A stretch of DNA of 64,000 nucleotides from an uncultured Pseudobdellovibrionaceae bacterium (GCA_964611895.1 CAZTDN010000019.1:577-64576); one strand, 5' to 3'. Shown: positions 41,456 to 51,475, counted from the stretch's first letter. A program made the numbers and translations. Notes: generated from the sequence alone by a model not told the origin.

Positions 41456-43071
41456 GTGCCGCATCTAAATCCGTTGAGCCTAAAAACTATCTCAACGTTG
41501 CGCATACGGTAGCGTCTTGGCTTTTTACCGTCGATCATAAGCGCATTGCGATTCTGTATTTGATCTCGGTGACCCTGGCCTTTTTCTTGGGTGGATTGGC
41601 TGCGTTTATCTTCCGACTGGATTTGCTCACTCCTCAGGGCGATCTTTTGCAGTCGGATACGTACAATCGACTCTTCACGATGCACGGCGTGGTGATGGTG
41701 TTTCTCTTTCTGGTGCCGTCCATTCCGGCGACGCTGGGAAACTTTCTCGTGCCGATTATGATTGGGGCACGTGACTTAGCTTTTCCGCGCATCAACCTGA
41801 TGAGCTGGTATTTGTACATGATCGGTGGCGCATTCATTCTCTGGGCGCTGATCGACGGGGGCGTGGACACCGGTTGGACGTTCTACACCCCTTACAGCAC
41901 TGCATTCGCGAAGAGCAATGTTGCTCTGACGTTGGTGGGAATTTTTATTGCAGGTTTCTCGTCCATCTTTACCGGCTTTAATTTCATCGTAACCATTCAC
42001 AAGATGCGAGCACCCGGGATGACCTGGTTTCGGTTGCCGCTTTTTATCTGGGCACACTACGCAACTTCGCTCATCATGGTGCTTGCAACCCCTGTGCTTG
42101 CGGTGACGCTCTTCCTCGCTGCGCTGGAACGCTTGTTGGGTTTTGGGATATTTGATGCTTCCCGTGGTGGTGATCCGATCTTGTTCCAGCATCTGTTCTG
42201 GTTCTATTCACACCCGGCCGTGTACATCATGATTTTGCCTTCGCTCGGCGTGGCCGCAGAGCTGATTTCGGCTTTCGCTCGGCGTCGAATGTTTGGGTAT
42301 CGGTTTGTGGCATTTTCCAGTATCGCTATAGCGGGTTTGGGCTTTTTGGTTTGGGGTCACCACATGTTTGTGACCGGTCAGTCCGTGTATCTGGGAATAG
42401 TCTTTTCGCTGATCAGCTTCTTGGTTGCTGTGCCCTCTGCCATCAAGACGTTTAACTTCACGGCGACTCTGTACAAGGGTTCTATATCGCTTGATTCTCC
42501 CATGATTTTCGGTCTGGGGTTTTTGGGCTTGTTCCTGATTGGCGGGTTGACTGGGATTTTCTTGGCGACCTTAGCGACCGATGTGCACTTGCACGATACC
42601 TATTTCGTGGTGGCGCACTTTCACTACATCATGGTGGGTGGCGCTTTGATGGGGTACCTCGGTGGGTTGCACTATTGGTGGCCTAAGATCACCGGTCGGA
42701 TTTACAGCGAGTTCTGGGCTAAGATCGCCGCGGTGCTGGTGTTTGTAGGTTTCAACTTCACATTCTTCCCACAGTTCATTGTGGGGTATTTAGGCAATCC
42801 ACGCCGGTACCATTTTTATCCGCCTGAGTTCCAGATTTATCACGCGATGTCTACTCTGGGCTCAACGATCCTGGGAGCAGGGTACCTATTGCCGGTGTTT
42901 TATCTAATGTACTCTTTGATTAAAGGTGCGAAGGCTCCGGCGAACCCCTGGAACGCAAAGGGGTTGGAGTGGCAAATCCCTTCGCCTCCACCGACGGAGA
43001 ATTTTACTTCGCCTGTTGTTGTAACAGAAGAAGCATACGCTTACCCGACTCGCCATAATGCGGCGACATGA
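41452..43071 (+). CDS. coxA: Cytochrome c oxidase subunit I (A2 type)
   Basis: [25 protein letters not shown]. Confidence 0.97.
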   Translation: MSAASKSVEPKNYLNVAHTVASWLFTVDHKRIAILYLISVTLAFFLGGLAAFIFRLDLLTPQGDLLQSDTYNRLFTMHGVVMVFLFLVPSIPATLGNFLVPIMIGARDLAFPRINLMSWYLYMIGGAFILWALIDGGVDTGWTFYTPYSTAFAKSNVALTLVGIFIAGFSSIFTGFNFIVTIHKMRAPGMTWFRLPLFIWAHYATSLIMVLATPVLAVTLFLAALERLLGFGIFDASRGGDPILFQHLFWFYSHPAVYIMILPSLGVAAELISAFARRRMFGYRFVAFSSIAIAGLGFLVWGHHMFVTGQSVYLGIVFSLISFLVAVPSAIKTFNFTATLYKGSISLDSPMIFGLGFLGLFLIGGLTGIFLATLATDVHLHDTYFVVAHFHYIMVGGALMGYLGGLHYWWPKITGRIYSEFWAKIAAVLVFVGFNFTFFPQFIVGYLGNPRRYHFYPPEFQIYHAMSTLGSTILGAGYLLPVFYLMYSLIKGAKAPANPWNAKGLEWQIPSPPPTENFTSPVVVTEEAYAYPTRHNAAT

Positions 43072-43081
43072 GGAAGAGAAA

Positions 43082-43726
43082 ATGAGCTCATCGAACCCTT
43101 ACTTAGCTCACCATTTTGACGATATCGTGCAGCAGCGCGAGTCCGTTAGCATGGGGATGTGGATTTTTCTTCTGACCGAAATCATGTTCTTCGGTGGAAT
43201 CTTTTTTTCGTACGCAGTCTATCGGCATCTCTACCCTGAAATGTTCCACGAAATGAGTCATCACTTGGATGTCACTCTGGGGACGATCAACACGGCAGTG
43301 CTTTTGACCAGCAGCTTGACCATGGCGCTGGCCGTCAACGCGGCTCAACGGGGACTTACTCGCCGGTTGATTGGAATGTTAAGTTTTACAACCCTGGCAG
43401 GTATTGGGTTCCTGGTGATTAAGTTCTTTGAATACAAGCACAAGTTTCATGTCGGATCCGTTCCGGGCGCGTTGTGGAATTTTGAGAACCCTTTTGGGGA
43501 CAAGGCGCAGCTTTTTTACAGTCTGTACTTTGGTGCAACGGGGCTACATGGGTTCCACGTTTTGATTGGGGTCGTGATCCTGGCGGTGTTTACCTACAAT
43601 GCGTGGAAGGGGAAGTACCCCAAAGAGCGTTACCAGCCGGTTGAAATGGTTGGTTTGTATTGGCACTTTGTCGACTTGATTTGGATTTATGTATTCCCAC
43701 TTTTCTATCTCATAGGACGCTACTAA
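43082..43726 (+). CDS. coxC: Cytochrome c oxidase subunit III
   Basis: GMWIFLLTEIMFF, TGLHGFHV, YWHFVD. Confidence 0.95.
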   Translation: MSSSNPYLAHHFDDIVQQRESVSMGMWIFLLTEIMFFGGIFFSYAVYRHLYPEMFHEMSHHLDVTLGTINTAVLLTSSLTMALAVNAAQRGLTRRLIGMLSFTTLAGIGFLVIKFFEYKHKFHVGSVPGALWNFENPFGDKAQLFYSLYFGATGLHGFHVLIGVVILAVFTYNAWKGKYPKERYQPVEMVGLYWHFVDLIWIYVFPLFYLIGRY

Positions 43727-44010
43727 TGAGCTCAAACACACACGAACACCACTCTCTTACTCCGTATTACATTGTGTACCTGCTCTTGATGGTGGGGCTA
43801 GTGGCTACGGTCTGGGTGGCCTATCATGACTTTGGGGTCATCGGGACCCCACTTGCTATGGCTATTGCGACTACCAAGGCAGCGCTGGTTGTCTGGATCT
43901 TCATGCACGTCAAAGATTCTAGCCCCATTATCTGGATGACTATTGGAGCGGGGCTGGTCGGGCTGGCGCTCGGGTTCATCTTCCTGTTTTCGGACTATTT
44001 AGCGCGCTAG
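43726..44010 (+). CDS. coxD: Cytochrome c oxidase subunit IV
   Basis: KAALVVWIFMHVK; three TM helices; operon position. Confidence 0.88.
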   Translation: MSSNTHEHHSLTPYYIVYLLLMVGLVATVWVAYHDFGVIGTPLAMAIATTKAALVVWIFMHVKDSSPIIWMTIGAGLVGLALGFIFLFSDYLAR

Positions 44011-45909
44011 ACCATCAAATCCACAGGGCGGTTCAGGGGGCGGGCTCTTTCGGCTTTTTTCGAACAGCGCTCTTGAAGTCGCCGCTGCTGAATCGAAAAG
44101 GATTTTCATCGTCTGAGGCGTGAGGTCGCTCACTTTGAGGTGCTTGTCAAAGGCAGCTCGGTGTTTGTCGTTGCGTAATATCCACCAAGCTTGAATGATC
44201 TTTTCTTTTTCAGACGGCGCCTGAGTTTCTAAGGCGTGCTGAAAGGCGATTTCGATGTCCTCTTGTGGTGTGTATTCCGGTATTCCGAGGATTCTGTAGG
44301 GATTGAATTCCTTGGGCCAGTTGCTGGGTCTTTCTTGCTGCAGCCTGAGTTCCGCTTCCTCCAGGAGTTCGGCGAGTGCGCGTCTTTTTTCCACAGCGGG
44401 TACGTGTCGGGAGTGGATGATGGCCGCGTATTTCTTTCGCAAAATGGGGTTTGTTAGCGTTTCATAAGCGGCTTCAATTTTGTCTTTTTCGTGTTCTCTA
44501 TTCGGGTCCTTTAGCGCCGCAGCGTAGTAGGCGTGGAGCTTGTTTTCTTGGAGGTTGCTTGGAGCCTTCAAGAATGCATGCAAATCATACGTGTCTATCG
44601 AAGGGTGTGGCGAGTGCAGACTTTCTAAGTCCGACCGGTACTGTGAAATCACCTGATCTTGGTACTTCGACCTGAGCCCACTATCGTACCGCTTCCTCCA
44701 GGTTGGGTCGGTGAGTATCCCGACTCCTTCACTCAGAGTCGCTAAACGCGCGGGGTCGTGTTTGTTTTCTTGAACCTTTTCCAGATAGGCGTCCCAAATC
44801 TCGTTCGCAGAGGCATTGGGTGAGACGCCCAACAAAGCGTAAAAAGTGTTTTGCTTGAGAGGGGAGATCGCTGTGGCTACCGCGCTCCTGGTGGCTGAGA
44901 GGGAAGGTGTCTTTATTCGTACGAGTTCCATTGCCTTTTGTTGTTGGTCGGCGTCGACAAAATGTTTTTTAGCAAAGCGTTCGAGTCTTTTCCGGGTTAG
45001 GTCAGTGGTTTCTTGGAGTACGACGGAAGGCTTGGATTTTGATTGGGAGGCGAGTGTTTCTAACTGATTCAAAACCGAGACCACGGTCTCCAGGTCTTGC
45101 AGAGTTTCTATGCCGACTCTTTCGGAATCTAATTTTTCTTCCATCATTCGGATCGCGGTGCGTAAGGTTTTCGATTTCATATCGGCGGCATGCGCAAGCG
45201 GCGCTGTCCGGCGCGCGAATTCAGCTAGCGAGACGCCTTTGACCAACAGGTGGTCCAGCAGAGCCTCTAGGTTTGATCTGTCCTCTATTAGCTGCGCTTC
45301 CTGAGAAAACTGGGCGATGTCCTGGTCGGCAGTAGTACCACCTGTTTTGTTTTTGAAGCCTAGGGCAAGTCGGCTGTCGTAACTCATGCGAGTGCTAGGG
45401 TGGAGAAGGATGCGGGCGGCTTTTTCAAGGGTAGACTTTTCTTCAGGCGGCGCGTTTTTAGCTTTGGATTCAAATGCCGCGCGGATTTGGCCAGCGGTGG
45501 CATTGTAGTGGACTCCTAGCAGCCGATAGAAATTGTGTTCAGGATTTACTTCCTGGATAAAGGGAACCTCCCCACGGGTTTTTGCCATCTCGATGATTTT
45601 AGCGATGTCCTTTTTGGCAATGGATTCTCGAGGGTGAGGATCCGCAAGGCGAGCGTCATATTTTTTGCGAAGTTCGTCATCAAAGAGCACACTGGCAGCT
45701 TCGGCGAGTTTTTTTTTGAGCTCTGGATCGGGTGTTTGGCGGATGGCCGTTTGATAGTTCTTTAGGAGTTCGTCCATGCCCGCCGATGGAGAGGCGCCAA
45801 TACGTTCGTATAGATTAGTCGAGCGCGGGTCAAACGCTTCGGCTGAGCTCCAGTATGCTGGCAAGTGAAGCAGCGCAGCAACGAGTAGTATTTCTCGACG
45901 GGGGTACAC
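43999..45909 (-). CDS. Secreted protein with five J-domain-like repeats lacking HPD
   Basis: Repeats NLYERIGAS..RKKYD, NFYRLLGVH..RMSYD, TFYALLGVS..RKRYD, DLHAFLKAP..RKKYA, NPYRILGIP..RAAFD; N-terminal signal-like peptide. Confidence 0.75.
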   Translation of the reverse strand: MYPRREILLVAALLHLPAYWSSAEAFDPRSTNLYERIGASPSAGMDELLKNYQTAIRQTPDPELKKKLAEAASVLFDDELRKKYDARLADPHPRESIAKKDIAKIIEMAKTRGEVPFIQEVNPEHNFYRLLGVHYNATAGQIRAAFESKAKNAPPEEKSTLEKAARILLHPSTRMSYDSRLALGFKNKTGGTTADQDIAQFSQEAQLIEDRSNLEALLDHLLVKGVSLAEFARRTAPLAHAADMKSKTLRTAIRMMEEKLDSERVGIETLQDLETVVSVLNQLETLASQSKSKPSVVLQETTDLTRKRLERFAKKHFVDADQQQKAMELVRIKTPSLSATRSAVATAISPLKQNTFYALLGVSPNASANEIWDAYLEKVQENKHDPARLATLSEGVGILTDPTWRKRYDSGLRSKYQDQVISQYRSDLESLHSPHPSIDTYDLHAFLKAPSNLQENKLHAYYAAALKDPNREHEKDKIEAAYETLTNPILRKKYAAIIHSRHVPAVEKRRALAELLEEAELRLQQERPSNWPKEFNPYRILGIPEYTPQEDIEIAFQHALETQAPSEKEKIIQAWWILRNDKHRAAFDKHLKVSDLTPQTMKILFDSAAATSRALFEKSRKSPPPEPPCGFDGLAR

Positions 45910-45922
45910 CCCGACTTATCGG

Positions 45923-46240
45923 TCAATAACGAGGTATTTTTGAGTCGACTTCAAGGCTCCAACGATCGATTCCACCCGAGAGGTTTTTGACGTTTTCAAA
46001 GCCCAACTGATTGAGAAGGAGAGTTGCCTGGGCGCTGCGGACTCCGTGGTGGCAGAGGAGGACGGTTTCACGGGCGGGATCCAACTCGCCGTGACGCATA
46101 ATCAATTCCGAAAGAGGGATGTGAATTGCTCCCAAGCTCGCAATTTGCAGTTCTTCTGCTGTGCGCACATCCACGACCTGGAGCGGTTCTCCGCTATCCA
46201 ACCGTGCTTTGAGATCTCGAGGATTGATCTCCCAACTCAT
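45923..46240 (-). CDS. Single-domain rhodanese
   Basis: VVDVR, LCHHGVRS, NLSGGIDRWS. Confidence 0.93.
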   Translation of the reverse strand: MSWEINPRDLKARLDSGEPLQVVDVRTAEELQIASLGAIHIPLSELIMRHGELDPARETVLLCHHGVRSAQATLLLNQLGFENVKNLSGGIDRWSLEVDSKIPRY

Positions 46241-46787
46241 GACTCGTCCCTTCTACCCAGCTTCGGGTGACTCTCACAATTATTATTCCTAAAACGCTAC
46301 CCACCATAAACCCCATCAAAACGTCTGCTGGGTAGTGCACTCCCAAATACACACGGGAAAATCCCACCGCGAGGGTGCAGGCGATGCTGAGAAACATCCA
46401 CGCAGGCGGGAGAAATGTCGTCAAAACGGCGGTGACGGCGGCCCCATTGGAAGCGTGGTTGGAAGGCATGGTAAAGGTACCGCCACAAACCCCATCGACC
46501 CGGCGCGAGTTGGACAGCGTGTGGCAGGGACGAATTCGCCCTGCGGCGGGTTTGAACACATGGCCACAAAGGAAATCTGAAATAGACAGTGCTGCAAGCA
46601 CTACGCAGAGCACTCGCACGTGTTTAGGGCTGCGCGTGATCGCCGCTAATATCACCCCGATGATAAACGCTCCGACCCAGGTGAGATTCGCCGAAAGAAA
46701 AACCATCCATCGGTCCAGGGCACCGGACACAAGTCCATGGTTGATAAGGTAGTAGCTACGGAGATCGAGTGCTGCGAGCGTTTCCAC
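46194..46787 (-). CDS. PAP2 family phosphatase
   Basis: K..GRIRP, MPSNHA, SRVYLGVHYPADV. Confidence 0.92.
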   Translation of the reverse strand: METLAALDLRSYYLINHGLVSGALDRWMVFLSANLTWVGAFIIGVILAAITRSPKHVRVLCVVLAALSISDFLCGHVFKPAAGRIRPCHTLSNSRRVDGVCGGTFTMPSNHASNGAAVTAVLTTFLPPAWMFLSIACTLAVGFSRVYLGVHYPADVLMGFMVGSVLGIIIVRVTRSWVEGTSHELGDQSSRSQSTVG

Positions 46788-47230
46788 TAGCTAGCTCGCT
46801 CGTTGCAGCTGCGGCAGTAACCAAACAGGCGGTGATCGTGGAAGATGAGTCGAAAGCCATTTTCGCGGCAAACAGTATCCTGAATTTTTTCGATAGCGTC
46901 GGACGTAAACTCGAGGATGCGACCACACTGGATGCAGATCATATGGTCGTGGTGTCCTTTGCTGCCGACGCGTTCGAAGTATTCCCGCCGACCGTCCCCC
47001 ACACTTTTTTGCAATACGCCGCACTCTAAGAGCAGGGGGAGGGTTCGATAAACTGTGTCTCGCGAAATGCGCAGGCCTTTTTCTTTGAGCATTTCATAAA
47101 GGCCATCGGCATCGAAGTGGACTTTGATTTTTAGGACTTCGTCTAATAATTGCTGGCGCTCGTGCGTGAGTTTGAGGCCTTTGGCGTCGAGGAGCTGTTT
47201 GAAGGGGCTATTCCCCGTGTTGGAGGGCAT
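46787..47230 (-). CDS. Fur family transcriptional regulator
   Basis: LTHER, TVYRTL, HHDHMICIQCG, YCRSC. Confidence 0.92.
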   Translation of the reverse strand: MPSNTGNSPFKQLLDAKGLKLTHERQQLLDEVLKIKVHFDADGLYEMLKEKGLRISRDTVYRTLPLLLECGVLQKSVGDGRREYFERVGSKGHHDHMICIQCGRILEFTSDAIEKIQDTVCRENGFRLIFHDHRLFGYCRSCNERAS

Positions 47231-47267
47231 GCCCTAGCTATAGCTGCAGTCCTTACCATCGGCAAGT

Positions 47268-47522
47268 TTAGGGCTGTGGCCCTGCGCCGCCACGGGTAGC
47301 AGTGACTTCTCCGGACTTGCTGCGAAATCGGGCTTCGACTGCGGAATCGGATTTCGACAAGCATTCTTCTTTGCTGGAGGTGATCATGGTGAGGAAAATT
47401 TCCCCGGCACCTGCCTCAGTCACCAAGTGGAGCTCACAGTTCGCTTTACCCTTCGCTGGCATTTGAGCCGCGAAGGTACTCAGAGCAAATCCAACACCCA
47501 GGATGACAAAAAGCTGTTTCAT
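47268..47522 (-). CDS. Small secreted hypothetical protein
   Basis: GAGGG RBS, signal peptide ending STFA, two Cys. Confidence 0.65.
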   Translation of the reverse strand: MKQLFVILGVGFALSTFAAQMPAKGKANCELHLVTEAGAGEIFLTMITSSKEECLSKSDSAVEARFRSKSGEVTATRGGAGPQP

Positions 47523-47547
47523 GGTTCCCTCTTCTACCGGAAGGGTT

Positions 47548-47563
47548 TGCAAGAGCTAGACCG
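47548..47563 (-). promoter_or_regulatory. Possible sigma54 promoter
   Basis: Minus strand CGGTCTAGCTCTTGCA (GG-N10-GC), 26 nt before the ATG. Confidence 0.45.
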
Positions 47564-47753
47564 GGGCACCGCTAGGCACGGCGGGTGAGCAAAAGGCTGG
47601 CACCCGGCGGGCGGGGCTAGCCATGTAGAAGGTAAGTTAAGTAATTTCAATAGGATGCACTGTATACCTAGAGTGCACCCGGAGTGTTTGGTTGGAAGCC
47701 AGTTCAGGCACACCGGTTTTGCCAGCCTAAACCGTGTGTGGTATCGATCCGAA

Positions 47754-48656
47754 ATGCCTCGCTACCTTGTGACCGGCGCCGCGGGTTTTATCGGCTCCAA
47801 TCTCGCCCTCCACCTCGAAGCTCTGGGGCATGAAGTGGTGGCTCTGGACTCTTTGAAAACCGGTAGCTCGGATAACTTGCGGGGGTTTCGCGGGCGGTTT
47901 CTTCGGGCAGATCTTACGCAGATTTCGATGGTCGAAGGGCAGTGGGACGGTGTTTTTCACCAGGGCGATATTACCGATCCCCGTCATCCCGATGATGCTC
48001 AAGTGCTCCGGTGCAATCGGTTAGGTTTTGAAGCCGTGCTGAATACCGCGAAGCAGAGTGGCTGCCGCTTGGTTTACGCCTCTACGGCAGGACTTTATGG
48101 CAATGGCCCAGTGCCGATGCGTGAAGATCAGCCGCAGCAGTTGATCACTGCCTATGGCCGTTCCAAATCCGAGATGGATGTGTTGGGACAGCAAAGTGCC
48201 ACCGCACATACGCCGGTGGTGGGATTGCGGTATTTCAATGTGTATGGCCCGAGGGAGGCGGCCAAGGGACGAGCCGCATCCATGGTATGGCATTTGTTTC
48301 GTCAGATGCAAAGCGGTGAAGCTCCTCGATTGTTCGAGTGGGGGGAACAGGTACGAGATTTTGTTTATGTCAAAGATGTAGTGACCGCAAACATGTGCGC
48401 GTTGCGAGCTCCTAGCGGAGTTTACAATGTCGGCACAGGTTTGGGATCGACGTTCAACCAGCTAGTAGAGGCGTTGAATTTGGCACTGAAAACAGACTTT
48501 CAGGCCCAGTACTTTCCCATGCCCTACGACCCGCATTCCTACCAAGGAAATACCGTCGCAGACACTCGCAAGGCGGAGTCGGTGCTCGGGTTTAAGGCGA
48601 GCTGGGATTTGGTCCGTGGCGTGGGGGACTACGTGGAGTGGCTGAAGCAGCAATGA
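47754..48656 (+). CDS. NAD-dependent epimerase, ADP-L-glycero-D-manno-heptose 6-epimerase-like
   Basis: TGAAGFIG, YGRSK, GLRYFNVYGPREAAKG, RDFVYVKDV. Confidence 0.85.
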   Translation: MPRYLVTGAAGFIGSNLALHLEALGHEVVALDSLKTGSSDNLRGFRGRFLRADLTQISMVEGQWDGVFHQGDITDPRHPDDAQVLRCNRLGFEAVLNTAKQSGCRLVYASTAGLYGNGPVPMREDQPQQLITAYGRSKSEMDVLGQQSATAHTPVVGLRYFNVYGPREAAKGRAASMVWHLFRQMQSGEAPRLFEWGEQVRDFVYVKDVVTANMCALRAPSGVYNVGTGLGSTFNQLVEALNLALKTDFQAQYFPMPYDPHSYQGNTVADTRKAESVLGFKASWDLVRGVGDYVEWLKQQ

Positions 48657-49177
48657 AAAAGCTATTGGCGATGGCGGTAGTTTGCCTTGGGGCATTTGCC
48701 TGGGCGTTTCCTTCTATTCACGGGGAGGATCTTGTTTCTGGAAAAAACGTCGATTGGAAGTCGGGCGAAAAGGTCTCGGTGCTGGTGTTTCTGTCAGATC
48801 ACTGCCCTTGTTCGATTGCGCATCAGCCGGCGCTCGAAAAATTGGCTAAAGAATATGGTGAATTTTCGTTTCTTGGGATCGTATCGAATGCGCACGATTT
48901 GCGTGCGGCGCGATCGCATTTTAGCAAAACCAAACTGCCTTTTCCGGTGATTGCGGAGCCGGGGCATGATTGGGCAGATGCTCTGGGGGCGTTGAACACT
49001 CCCCACGTGTTTGTGGTTCGGGGAGACGCGGTTTTGTACCGCGGGTCTATCGACAATTCTCGAGACGCCGTCACGGCGGATCAGCACTTTTTATCAGCAG
49101 CTTTGGAAGACTTGCGTCAGGGGCGCGCCATTCGAGTGAATGAGTCGCGGCCTTTGGGCTGTGCCATCAGAAGGTGA
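48653..49177 (+). CDS. Exported redoxin/thioredoxin-fold protein
   Basis: Signal peptide, HCPCS, NTPHVFV, YRGSID, GCAI. Confidence 0.85.
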   Translation: MKKLLAMAVVCLGAFAWAFPSIHGEDLVSGKNVDWKSGEKVSVLVFLSDHCPCSIAHQPALEKLAKEYGEFSFLGIVSNAHDLRAARSHFSKTKLPFPVIAEPGHDWADALGALNTPHVFVVRGDAVLYRGSIDNSRDAVTADQHFLSAALEDLRQGRAIRVNESRPLGCAIRR

Positions 49178-49185
49178 GGTCGATC

Positions 49186-49632
49186 ATGAAGGGGTGTCTT
49201 AAAGCGAAGGGTTTTGTTCTTTTTGCGATTGCTTGTGGATTGGCGTCCTGTGGGAGGGAACCCGTAGAGGTGTTCGATTCCGTCGATAGAGTGGCTGCCA
49301 GTTGCGATTTGGAGTTCCCCAAAGCCGGGCTTTGTGCCGAAGTGAAATGGACCAAACCACCCACTGCTGACGAGCCCAATGGTTTTACGGTGCGTTTTTG
49401 GGAAAAAGCTAAAGGTTCACCCACAGGGCCTTTTGTGGAGCCAGCAAGCGCGCCGAGTTCTTTTCTCATCATGACTTGCTGCAAGACGCCCACGCGTTGC
49501 CCTCTGAAAAAGTCTCGTGCAGGGGAGTACGAAGCTTCGGGAATTACACTCGCGTCGGGGAAGAAATATTGGCAGTACGTCGTGGTGGGCTCCGAAAAAG
49601 TGAAGCTCGCTGGGGAAGTGAGCGTGAAGTGA
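49186..49632 (+). CDS. Cys-rich lipoprotein, possibly YtkA/FixH-like Ig fold
   Basis: LASC lipobox, CDLEF..GLCA, MTCC. Confidence 0.6.
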   Translation: MKGCLKAKGFVLFAIACGLASCGREPVEVFDSVDRVAASCDLEFPKAGLCAEVKWTKPPTADEPNGFTVRFWEKAKGSPTGPFVEPASAPSSFLIMTCCKTPTRCPLKKSRAGEYEASGITLASGKKYWQYVVVGSEKVKLAGEVSVK

Positions 49633-50543
49633 AGCCGCGGGGGTTTGTTGTCGCTCTGCTACTGGGGGCTGCGGCGCGGTTTACTTGGGCCGCTGCTTGT
49701 TGTGGGGGGAACAACCTGGTCCCTTCTTTGATTTCTGGAGATCAGCGCACTCAAGTCACGGCGACCACCGCCTATTCCCGCGTTTTGGGTGAGGTCCCCA
49801 TCGAGGGAGCCACGCAGTGGCGTGACGAGGCAGACGTGGAGTCGCGGTCGTCCATGCGCCTGGATGCGGCGACACTTCTCTCGGATCGGTGGCAGGTGGG
49901 ATTGAGCCTGCCGGTAGTGCGGCGTTTTCGTGAACGCAATGGCGTGCAGGCACAAGCGATGGGAGTCGGCGATGTGGCGGTCCACCTTGGCTATGAAGTG
50001 TTGCCCCAGTGGACTTATTCGCCGTGGAAACCGAAGGGATGGCTGTTTGCTAGTTTGACGGCACCCACCGGCGTGGCTCCGGAAAATTCAACCGCCCTGT
50101 ATCAGATTGACTCCCTGGGACGCGGGTACTGGAATGTTGCTCTGGGCGGGATGCTTTTGAAAACCTGGGCCGACTGGGACGTTTTGTTTCTGGCGCAGGT
50201 GAATCAATCCTTTGCCAAGATCCTTACCAGCGATGCAGGCGACTTTATCCTTCGCCCTGGACTGGGCGGTTCTGCGGCTCTGGGCATTGGATGGAGCCGG
50301 GATGCTTTGCGCATTGGAGTGAACGGGAGTGTATTGTATGAAGGTGCTGTCGCTACCCAAGGTTTGGTAGATGAAGTGGGAACACGCCAGATTTCATTTC
50401 CGCTGAGTTTGCAGGTTTCCTATTTGATCTCTGACGCGTGGTCGTTGGGCGCTTTGTATTCGGACAACGGCTGGTTTGGTCCACAAAACGTGACTCTGAA
50501 TCAGTCGATTAGTTTGGTGGTGCAGACGCGTTGGGATCGGTAG
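49629..50543 (+). CDS. Putative outer-membrane beta-barrel with N-terminal CCGG motif
   Basis: Signal peptide then AAACCGG; RWQVGLSLP, GVGDV, APTG strand patterns. Confidence 0.65.
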   Translation: MKPRGFVVALLLGAAARFTWAAACCGGNNLVPSLISGDQRTQVTATTAYSRVLGEVPIEGATQWRDEADVESRSSMRLDAATLLSDRWQVGLSLPVVRRFRERNGVQAQAMGVGDVAVHLGYEVLPQWTYSPWKPKGWLFASLTAPTGVAPENSTALYQIDSLGRGYWNVALGGMLLKTWADWDVLFLAQVNQSFAKILTSDAGDFILRPGLGGSAALGIGWSRDALRIGVNGSVLYEGAVATQGLVDEVGTRQISFPLSLQVSYLISDAWSLGALYSDNGWFGPQNVTLNQSISLVVQTRWDR

Positions 50544-51363
50544 GGGGCTGAGGCAGCGCGGAACGTTTAGGCGGTTTGGTCAGGCCTTTGAGACCCGTCA
50601 TCAGGAAAAAGTACTCTATGGAATCCCTAGCAATCCAGGTGGCTCCCATCCGATTCAAATGGGTTTGATTTGCTTCGGGGTGCAGCCGGTAATAGGTAAT
50701 GAGCGCGCCATCAGAACGGCGCACTATCGCTAGTTCACCGGTGTGGGGATTGAGTTTGTAATCCAAGACGGTTTCCGCCCCGGCATTGGCTCCGTCTTTT
50801 GCGGGCCGAGTCACCACGATGCACGCGGGGTCACTGTTCGAGGAAAACGCGACAGCTGCTTTTTCATAAGCCGCCAGAGCCTCTTCTAGAAGCGCGCTTT
50901 TTTCGGCGATGGTTTTGGCGTTGGCCATGGCTTTGCGGAACGGGATTTCGATTTCTGGGTAGTCGCCCCCCGACCCGGGGAGGTGGGCGAGTAGTTCTGC
51001 GGTGTACTTTTTTGTACCTTTACGGTGCTCGATTTGGGCCACTCCCAACACGTGCTTGATAAAGTGTTGAATCCGAGTGAGTTCTGAAAAACCATCGGTG
51101 GGGATCTGCTTAGAGCGGGGCATTCCGGGGACGGACCCGTTGCCCATTGGAATCGGTCTGCTGAGATTTTCCAGTATGTCGCTCCAGGTGACTTGTTTGC
51201 CGGATTCTAAGTCTGCTGCAACGACGCGATCTAGGGGGACCGTGACCAGGGTGCGAGGGTTGGTCTTGGGGTTAAGCCAGCCAAACAAGCAATGGCTCCA
51301 GTCAAACATCGCGTGGGCTGGCGAGTAGATCAGAAATACGGCTAAAAACAGGGGCTTGCGCAT
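50509..51363 (-). CDS. Secreted protein with colicin D/BECR-like RNase toxin motifs
   Basis: Signal peptide ending AHA; HFIKH...YEKAAVAF...TGELAIV..DGALITYY...EYF. Confidence 0.55.
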   Translation of the reverse strand: MRKPLFLAVFLIYSPAHAMFDWSHCLFGWLNPKTNPRTLVTVPLDRVVAADLESGKQVTWSDILENLSRPIPMGNGSVPGMPRSKQIPTDGFSELTRIQHFIKHVLGVAQIEHRKGTKKYTAELLAHLPGSGGDYPEIEIPFRKAMANAKTIAEKSALLEEALAAYEKAAVAFSSNSDPACIVVTRPAKDGANAGAETVLDYKLNPHTGELAIVRRSDGALITYYRLHPEANQTHLNRMGATWIARDSIEYFFLMTGLKGLTKPPKRSALPQPPTDPNASAPPN

Positions 51364-51475
51364 ACGCTTTAGGCTCTCCGGCGGGGATTTGTCCATTATA
51401 GCGCAAATCACGGGGTTTCATTGATCCAGGCTTCGAAACCTGCTAAAAGTCCCTTCTTTTAGAGGGGTTATCAGA

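Noticed and set aside
31973-44010. ACIII plus caa3 supercomplex operon as a novel system
   Set aside because: Well-described architecture with canonical gene order.
47656-47677. TGCAC-N12-GTGCA inverted repeat as an NtrC-type site
   Set aside because: Spacing differs from the NtrC consensus and 5-bp arms arise easily by chance.
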